NCBI GenBank assembly: GCA_030704615.1
Contig: JAKLZA010000323.1
Coordinates: 1-5,698 of the forward strand
Reading direction: 5' to 3'
Source of the DNA: Takakia lepidozioides
Taxonomy: Eukaryota > Plantae > Bryophyta
Length of the DNA stretch: 5,698 nucleotides
A program made the position numbers and the translations under genes. A model generated the notes under the pieces. The model was given only the letters and a program-made list of their open reading frames with translations, was not told the origin of the DNA and searched no databases. Positions 1 to 5,698 of the stretch are shown here, one piece after another (positions within the stretch are counted from its first letter, which is position 1; each line of letters opens with the position of its first letter).

Positions 1-1
1 G

Positions 2-316
2 AGAATTGGAAGCACAGAACTAACTATGTCACTGATAGATGGTGGTTCTGGAGTAATCGCATCAGACCAATTAGGAAGAAGCTTGGTCTAAGTACATGAA
101 ACCAGCCCCATTTATACAGTAACAATGGCAGATCAAGAACTTATAGCCATTGGATTAATAAGAGGAGTTACTAAGATACCAGATACGAAGATTATCTTTA
201 TGATCACACTAACTGTATTAAAATGGATGAAGTCATGGAGGCTTACATCCTTATTATTGGGACGTCCGTGGCTGACACAGCCAGGGTATTCCATGACTGG
301 AATTCTCAGTTACTAA
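2..316 (+). pseudogene. pol: Retropepsin-type aspartic protease domain of pol (frameshifted)
   Basis: Frame +2 gives LIDGGSGV at 32-55 (catalytic Asp at 38-40). After frameshifts it continues MADQ..GLIRGV (from 125) and the closing motif LLLGRPWL (~251-274), then ARVFHDW in an adjacent frame. Confidence 0.88.
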
Positions 317-789
317 CCGTGCATAATGGTATACACGAGATAACAAATTACCCAAAGAAATCTAGTAGATTCCTGCTATAAGAAACCCTCGAGGAGTCAG
401 AAGTATGACTGGAAAGAGGACTGGATGAGGAGCAGGAAACGACCCTATTTGCTGCACACCCATAGTGGGAGCAGGTTGCCTGAGATGCGGCGGCTGGAAA
501 GCCTAAGTTGTTTGAGAGGTATCTGCTGTGTGTAGTGACACCAACACCACTGAAGAGGAAACCAGCATTTACGACCCACACTTTATGAAGAAAGAGAAAG
601 GAGAACTAGAAATCCTAGAAGAACCAGCCACTGTGAGCTTACATGATGAAGTGGTGACTGGTTGGACTCCACAGCTTGAGAGCACGGTGAGGGAATTGAA
701 TGTGGGAACTAAAGAGGAAACCGAGGATGGTGAAGTAGGAGCTTGATTTAGCCGGAATTCTTCGAAAAGCTATAAAAACTTGTTCATCA

Positions 790-1700
790 ATACAAGATGT
801 ATTTGCTGGAGCTATGAGGATCTAAAAGGGAACCACCTTAAGTCGGTCAGCATAAGATTGAACTGAACCAGGGTCAGTACCATCAAGCAAGCGAGGTATA
901 TAATGAATCCCAACTACGCACAGAAGGTTGGAGAAGAAATAAAGAGTTGGCTGAGGCTAAGTTATCTACCCAATAGAGTATACAACTTTGTTGTCACCCA
1001 TTGTACTGTTCCCCAGAAGAATGGCAAACTAAGATATGTGTGAACTATAAGAAGCTGGAATGCGTTGTACGAAGAAAGAATCCTTTCCCTTTGCCATTCA
1101 CAGACGCAGTATTAGACACTGTGGCATGGCCATGAGAGTACTCATTCATGGATGGCTTCAGTGGTTATCATCAAGTGCAAGTGGCAGAAGAAGACCAAGA
1201 AAACCTTTCATCATAGACTGCGGGGCTTTAATGCATACAAGTCATGCCCTGTGGACTTTGTAATGCACCAGCGACTTTCAGAGAGTGATAAGTGGATCTT
1301 TTCATGAGTAATCTGGATGATTCATGCAGGTATTCTTGGATGATTTCAGTGTGTACAGCTCTAAGATGAGCACTTGCATAAATTGGAGTTATGCTTGTGG
1401 CCAGATGCAGGATGAGAGGTCTGGGCCTGAATCCAGAGAAGTGTACTTTCTGTTGTGAACTCAGGGGTGCTTCTGGGACACCTTGTGTGTAAGAAGGGAC
1501 TCCTTGTGGATCCCATAAAGACAGAGTCCATTAAAGCCTCTCCACCACCAGGTGAATGTTAACAGTCTAACGAGATTCCTTGGGCAAACCAGTTATTACA
1601 GGTAGATTTGTCAAAAGGTATTCCACAAATAGCACACCATTGAGCAAACTACTGAAGAAAGATGCAGTGTTTGCCTGGACAGCTGAATGTCCACAGGCAT
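790..1700 (+). pseudogene. pol: Reverse transcriptase domain (plus connection region) of pol, multiply frameshifted
   Basis: Motifs occur in the expected order across frames: WSYEDLKG (~807-830), QARYIMNPNYAQKVGEEI (888-941), PFPLPFTDAVLDTVA (1082-1126), YSFMDGFSGYHQVQVAEEDQE (1139-1201), VMPCGLCNAPATF (1241-1279), FMQVFLDDFSVYSSK (1321-1365; FLDD at 1333-1344), LNPEKCTF (1427-1450), SGVLLGHLVCKKGLLVDP (1461-1514), RFLGQTSYYR (1573-1602) and LSKLLKKDAVFAWT (~1640-1681). Confidence 0.97.
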
Positions 1701-1765
1701 TGGAGAACTTACACTGTCAGTAACACTACACCTACTGTGCTGATTAACCTCACTGGCATGTAGTA

Positions 1766-2175
1766 TTCCATGTTCACTGTGATGCATCAGGAGAAGCGTT
1801 GGGAGCGGTGTTAGCCCAGAATGTTACAGGAATATAGATTCACCTGTGTACTATGCTAGCCGGTTGATGAACAGTGCTGAAGGAACTATAGCACATCGGA
1901 AAGAGAATCATTGGCAATGATCTTGCAGTGAAGAAATTCAGGCATTACCTGTTGGGGCAAGAAGTTTATGTTCTATGTGGATCACAGGCTTCTGATATCT
2001 CTGGTGAACAAATTCAGCATTACCTATTGGGAGAAAGTTTATGTTTTTATGTGATTACCAGGCCTGATATACCTGGTAAACACACTCTGATAATCGGAAG
2101 ACAACAGATGTTGATATCTTGCACGATTTTGAGTTTCGAGTTTGTTTACAGCCTGGGAGACTGCAATCTGTGGCG
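1766..2175 (+). pseudogene. pol: Ty3/Gypsy RNase H domain of pol, frameshifted and containing a tandem duplication
   Basis: FHVHCDASGEALGAVLAQ (1766-1819), PVYYASRLMNSAE (~1843-1881), RNYSTSERESLAMI, AVKKFRHYLLG, FYVDH (~1971-1985) and a degenerate PG...LSRL end (~2152-2174). Confidence 0.95.
1934..2081 (+). repeat. Diverged direct tandem duplication (76 bp + 72 bp) inside RNase H
   Basis: Copy 1 (1934-2009) runs aaattcaggcattacctgttgggg...ctgatatctctggtgaac. Copy 2 (2010-2081) runs aaattcagcattacctattggga...ctgatatacctggtaaac. HYLLG appears twice in ORF 1928-2221. Identity is roughly 80% by eye, with several 1-2 bp indels. Confidence 0.93.
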
Positions 2176-2289
2176 GCTAATTTTGTCACGATTGGTCAAC
2201 AGAGAACCACCACAAGGATAATATCAATTACCAGATGCGAGTCTCTTTGCCGTGGAGGTTCGGGAAGTGCACTGACTGGTTAAATTGGC

Positions 2290-2940
2290 ACAGTGGCCAA
2301 TCAGATACTACCTTGCTCATGGTCCGTGCCCACCATCAGTTATGGTAAGTAGCAGAGGAAAGAGAATCGCTATCAAAGCTTACCTTATACATGGTAGGCA
2401 GCGAATGTCTGAAGCTAGACCATGGAACTAAACGATGCTGTACCTTACACCATGAAGTAATAAAGATTTGGGAGGAAGTTCCTAAAGGAGTGCTGGAGGT
2501 CATTTTGGAGAATAAGACTACCAGGTAGGACGATACTAAATCGCGGATACTGGTGGCCTACTTTGTTCAAAGATGTACACGAGTATTGTCAGAAGTGTGA
2601 TGAAGTTCAAAGGCTAGGGAGAATGGAATTGCAAGACTCCATCAAGTTCAGGAAACATGAATTATACCATGTGGAGAAGTACGTGCTGATGCAAGCTGAT
2701 ATATGACCAGAATTCAATGAAGCGAAAGGAACAGTTTGAATGAAGGCCGTTAAAGACTTTTAAGACAGGGGATTGGTTCTATGGTTGCTGAAGAAAAGGA
2801 AAGATTCAGCTTCTAAGCTTAAATCACCGTGGAAAGGACCTTATGTCATACAAAGATGTATGATAACAACACCGCCATGTTTACAAACCATTAACAAAGA
2901 AATGCTGGGAAGAGTCAATGCAATAGTTGAAGGGTACAGT
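2290..2940 (+). pseudogene. pol: Integrase remnant: zinc-binding region joined directly to the C-terminal GPY/F module; catalytic DDE core absent
   Basis: AGGHFG (~2492-2509) and GYWWPTLFKDVHEYCQKCDEVQRLG (2545-2619) are followed immediately by a helical segment RMELQDSIKFR..., then KTGD/LVL (~2762-2781), KLKSPWKGPYVI (2815-2850) and GRVN (~2908-2919). Confidence 0.9.
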
Positions 2941-3075
2941 GTATCCATGACAAACCCCTGCAGCATGATTTGCATGTTGAACCGCAAGAGCAGTCACGGG
3001 CTGCACCAGTGTTACGAACGGAGTATGAAGCACTAGTCGCTAGGCCCCATCATATGACCCAGGCGGGCAAAACAA

Positions 3076-3292
3076 ACGTGACACTCCTATCACAGCACAT
3101 CACACACCACACACATCCATCACAACGTGACAATCACCTATCACAGCCAGCACGGCGCAACACAGCCTATCACAACCTACCACTGCGTGTCACAACATCA
3201 CAGCCTATCCATCTTACCACAGTGCCTCACACCACAGCCCTATCACAGCGTACAGTATGACACACAGCCTGTCACAGCTCAACACAGCCTAC
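3076..3292 (+). repeat. CA-rich degenerate array of a CACAGCCTATCACA(G/A)C-like motif, about 7 copies with irregular spacing
   Basis: CCT(A/G)TC cores start at about 3086, 3137, 3166, 3204, 3239 and 3268, with a partial copy at 3288. acgtgacactcctatcacagc (3076-3096) is echoed at 3125-3147. The + strand is strongly C/A rich here, unlike its A/G-rich flanks. Confidence 0.8.
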
Positions 3293-3299
3293 TAAAGTT

Positions 3300-3840
3300 A
3301 CACGTCCATAGAATCAGTGACAGGTGGACGCATAATACTTCAGGAAAATGGCTGACGGAAGAGAAAACGGAAGTTACTTTTAAAAATAGACACGTGGAGG
3401 TCAGGGCGCGACACACAGCCGAGAAGGAGTGCAAGAACAGGTGTCAAAAAGAAAGAGGACAGACGCCGTCAAAAGGGATGAAGGGCGGGCCCATTAATAA
3501 TACGGAAAAGGAAACGGAACGAACGGCAAGTAAAAAAAGCGAATTCTTGTCACATGTGTGATCCTAGTGGACTATCCAGCAGGGAAAGTCCACTAAAGAA
3601 AATAAAATCTAAAATCCAGTCACAGCGGATACACCAATAGAAAACCAGAGAAAGATCAAGAATGGAGGGAAATTGATCGCAAGAGGCGGCGTCGTTCTGA
3701 GTAACGGCGTCTCGACGGGACAGACCATCATGCTATAGCTTGGAAACATGGAGGAACTAACAGACTATACGCTCGCATATTACTTCTGCAGTGGCATAGA
3801 CACGAAAGGACAGAGCGGAGCTTTTCTCTTGAGCGATGCT
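3300..3840 (+). promoter_or_regulatory. CpG-rich segment, candidate internal promoter or leader for the downstream extra ORF
   Basis: About 30 CpG in 3301-3840 versus about 3 in the equal-length RT stretch 1261-1800 (hand count). It contains CACGTG (3391-3396), GGCCCATTA (3488-3496), CACATGTG (3551-3558) and repeated AACGG/ACGGAA. Function is inferred only. Confidence 0.3.
3565..3595. other. Inverted repeat / hairpin, 13-bp stem with 1 mismatch and a 5-nt loop
   Basis: TAGTGGACTATCC (3565-3577), loop AGCAG, GGAAAGTCCACTA (3583-3595). 12 of 13 positions pair, and an A-rich tract follows. Confidence 0.75.
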
Positions 3841-3977
3841 TGCATCCCCCAGGCTTACAAGAAATTACCCATAGCTTTCTGCGGCAACCATACATTTATG
3901 CTTTGTGCACTAAGGCATTCCTGCAGTTTTTACACAGCCAAAACAGTTCTTTGGTCTAAAATGAGAGAGTGAGAGGA

Positions 3978-5698
3978 ATGGAGGAAATCAGGGTGAAGAG
4001 CACCACAATTCTGCAGAACAAACAATTGCTACCCACAGGCGATACAGTATACTGGAGGAGCTGAGATTGCAAGGATTGCAAAGCCTAGATTGGACATTAC
4101 ACCATAGACAGTACATGTTACAATTTTTGCAAAACTTTGAGCCAAGACAGGAACAACAACGGTGAAGGGAGTTGAATTGATGATTACTCCCCTATACCCT
4201 CCAGCAATTGTTTCGATTGCCAGCAGGTCAGGTGCATGTGGAGGAACACAGGGCAAGACTGCAATAGGGGACTTATTCCAAGAAGGGAGTTTCTTCTTTA
4301 AAAACTCAGGGTTATGCTTGTACCAAGGCTGTGTACCCAGGGCTAAAAGAGGTAGGCAGGTATTGAACGTTCTGATTGCATTGAAACAGAACCAACAGTA
4401 TTTGAGCAGATCCTTCACGAGGAAATACTCAAGGCCTGAAGGGACAAGAGGTACAATGGGCGGACATAATGTACAACGCACTGGTAGAGGAGATGAAAAG
4501 ATTACCAGGTACTACCGCAAAGTCTCCTATCATAGTGTCTAGCCCAATCATTGCTCAAATAATCCTTGATTCTGGCATACTGATGCGCAGAAAGAAGGAA
4601 TGGGAGTGTTTGAGCCAGAAACCACTGCAATGGAAGAGCAAGGCTCTTCACACACAGTGAGGGTGGACTAGCAGGGCAACCGAGAATAAGAGGCAGAGAT
4701 GGGGAAAAGACTGTAGTGGCGGATCCACTGGCTTCACGATTCCGCATGATAATGTTTCCCAAGCTCATGGCCCAGGAAGGGGCACAGCAGCACAGAGAAT
4801 GCTATTACTGAAGCAGGACCTTCAGAGAGGAGGAGGAAGTTACTTCTGTATCATAACCATCACAGCCAGCTGATCGACTTGTCACAAGGTCACAATTTGT
4901 CCATGCGCTCAACCATAATAATTGATTTGAAAGAGAAGGTTTAGATATTCCGACTACAGAACAGATAGTTGCAGAAATGGAGAGGGGGACCTTCTCTATG
5001 AATATTATGGTCCAAGTCAAGGAGACCGAGATCCCAGAGGTGCAATAGTTGCCCAAAGGAAATCCTGAGGTGCATATAATACACACACCTGTGTCGGAGG
5101 TACCACAGGCGAAGGTCATGACACTGTAGCACCGGTGATAGATGAAGTAGTTCAGGAAGAAAATCCGGTGGAGACAATGGCCTGAATGGTTCGTGAGACA
5201 TCACACACTGTTAAGGATCAGAGAAACAGCAGCAACCTCACCATGATGACCCTCAACAGGCAAATGCTGATGAGTTCCATAGGCAGGACACTTAATTTGT
5301 TGGGGACTTAGTCAAATCCCATTCCAACTACCCAATTGACAGCCTTGAGAAGGAACTCAGGAAGGAGTTTGAGGCTAGACTAGCCACTGAGTGTGCAAAC
5401 AAGGTCGATGAAGAGGTCCTCTCAAGATGCGCAGGACTTGGGGAATACAGAAGCGGCTTTGCATTGGCCAGGAACAATTGATTGAGGCAGGCCTCGCGCA
5501 AGACCAGTTTCACGAAGCACATAAGCAACCGCTCTAACCAAATGCAGGTGCAGCATGAAAGCAAGTTGCAAGAAGTGAATGCACTACATACGGAGTTGCA
5601 GATAGTGCATGACAGGATGGCAATACAATGTGCTACATTCACAACTATGCTTGAACAATCTACAAAAGAAATAAACAGTCAAGCGGAAAAATGTACGA
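3978..5698 (+). pseudogene. Extra sense ORF downstream of pol (frameshifted, runs off the window): Athila env-like/Transposase_32-like N-terminal domain, disordered linker, coiled-coil tail
   Basis: ATG at 3978 in ggaATGG context. Frame stitching gives MEEIRVKSTTILQNKQL / ILEELRLQGLQSLDWTLHHRQYMLQFLQNFE (4049-4141) / KTGTTTVKGVELMITP / LQQLFRLPAG / GYACTKAVYPGLKEV / VLNVLIALKQNQQYLS / GLKGQEVQWADIMYNALVEEMKRL..SPIIAQII (~4433-4564). EAGPS follows at ~4810, then E/K/Q/L-rich helical SLEKELRKEFEARL (5341-) and QMQVQHESKLQEVNALHTELQIV..MLEQSTKEINSQAEK to the end. The family assignment is by recalled pattern, not an HMM hit. Confidence 0.68.
5031..5120 (+). repeat. Degenerate 30-bp period repeat (about 3 units) within the extra ORF
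   Basis: GAGGT occurs at 5037, 5067 and 5097, exactly 30 bp apart. In one frame it reads IPEVQ*LPKG / NPEVHIIHTP / VSEVPQAKVM. Confidence 0.5.

Larger units (their letters stand above)
1..5698 (+). mobile_element. Degenerate Ty3/Gypsy LTR retrotransposon, internal region (non-chromovirus, Athila/Phygy/Selgy-like); truncated by both window edges
   Basis: Domain order PR-RT-RH-INT on the + strand is diagnostic of Ty3/Gypsy. RT has VFLDDFSVY (compare Athila VFMDDFSVY). There is an LPDASLFAVE linker after RH, no chromodomain after the GPY motif and no second RNase H between RH and INT. Including 2940-5698 in the same element is inferred from the shared strand, purine-rich bias, similar decay and lack of a visible LTR boundary. 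Confidence 0.9.

Noticed and set aside
1060-1263. ORF-track protein MRCTKKESF... as an independent gene
   Set aside because: It is mostly an off-frame reading of RT. The conserved motifs (PLPFTD, DGFSGYHQ) lie in the neighbouring frame.
1139-2081. Diversity-generating retroelement or retron (RT plus a near-duplicate repeat pair)
   Set aside because: The RT sits in a PR-RT-RH-INT polyprotein. The repeat pair is adjacent, lies inside RNase H and differs by indels and varied substitutions rather than adenine-specific changes.
3076-3292. CRISPR-like repeat-spacer array
   Set aside because: Units are short, degenerate and irregularly spaced, the spacers are themselves CA-rich, there are no cas genes, and the context is a eukaryotic retrotransposon.
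3565-3600. Rho-independent terminator
   Set aside because: No U-tract directly follows the stem on either strand, and the sequence is eukaryotic. It is kept only as a hairpin.
4859-4870. ATCACAGCCAGC identical to 3140-3151
   Set aside because: About one 12-bp match is expected by chance within 5.7 kb, so it is not evidence of a dispersed repeat.
4979-4989. GGAGAGGGGGA as the polypurine tract before a 3' LTR
   Set aside because: It is not followed by a TG LTR start, and protein-like sequence continues through and beyond it. Other purine runs (~3446-3459, ~3963-3987) have no supporting LTR evidence either.
4029-5642. Minus-strand ORFs 4029-4481, 4502-4768, 4805-5119, 4941-5204 and 5328-5642 (also 348-581) as real antisense genes
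   Set aside because: They are Ser/Leu/Phe/Cys-rich, as expected for antisense shadows of a purine-rich coding strand, and carry no motifs. The + strand gives the coherent protein.
3978-5698. True viral envelope glycoprotein
   Set aside because: No signal peptide, transmembrane helix or fusion-peptide pattern is visible in the available part. The C-terminus is outside the window, so this cannot be fully excluded.
5341-5698. Host SMC/myosin-like gene fragment
   Set aside because: It shows generic coiled-coil composition only, with no ATPase or motor motifs, and is collinear with the retroelement's extra ORF.

Overview
The whole window reads as the internal part of one decayed plant-type Ty3/Gypsy LTR retrotransposon on the + strand. 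It is not bacterial DNA, and none of the ORF-track entries is an intact gene. Stitching frames together gives a pol polyprotein in Gypsy order: aspartic protease (~2-316), reverse transcriptase with an FLDD active site (~790-1700), RNase H (~1766-2175) and integrase (~2290-2940), all broken by many 1-bp indels. RNase H carries a ~75-bp tandem duplication, and the integrase DDE core is missing, with the zinc finger joined in frame to the GPY/F tail. After pol there is no recognisable PPT or 3' LTR. Instead there is a CA-rich motif array (3076-3292), a CpG-rich segment with a hairpin and plant promoter-like motifs (~3300-3840), and a long, frameshifted, sense-strand extra ORF (~3978 to past the window end). 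That ORF has an N-terminal domain resembling Athila 'env-like'/Transposase_32 proteins, a disordered middle and a coiled-coil tail. The motifs suggest a non-chromovirus (Athila/Phygy/Selgy-like) element, probably from a non-angiosperm land plant; this is inference. gag and both LTRs lie outside the window. All translations and counts were done by eye, with no database search.
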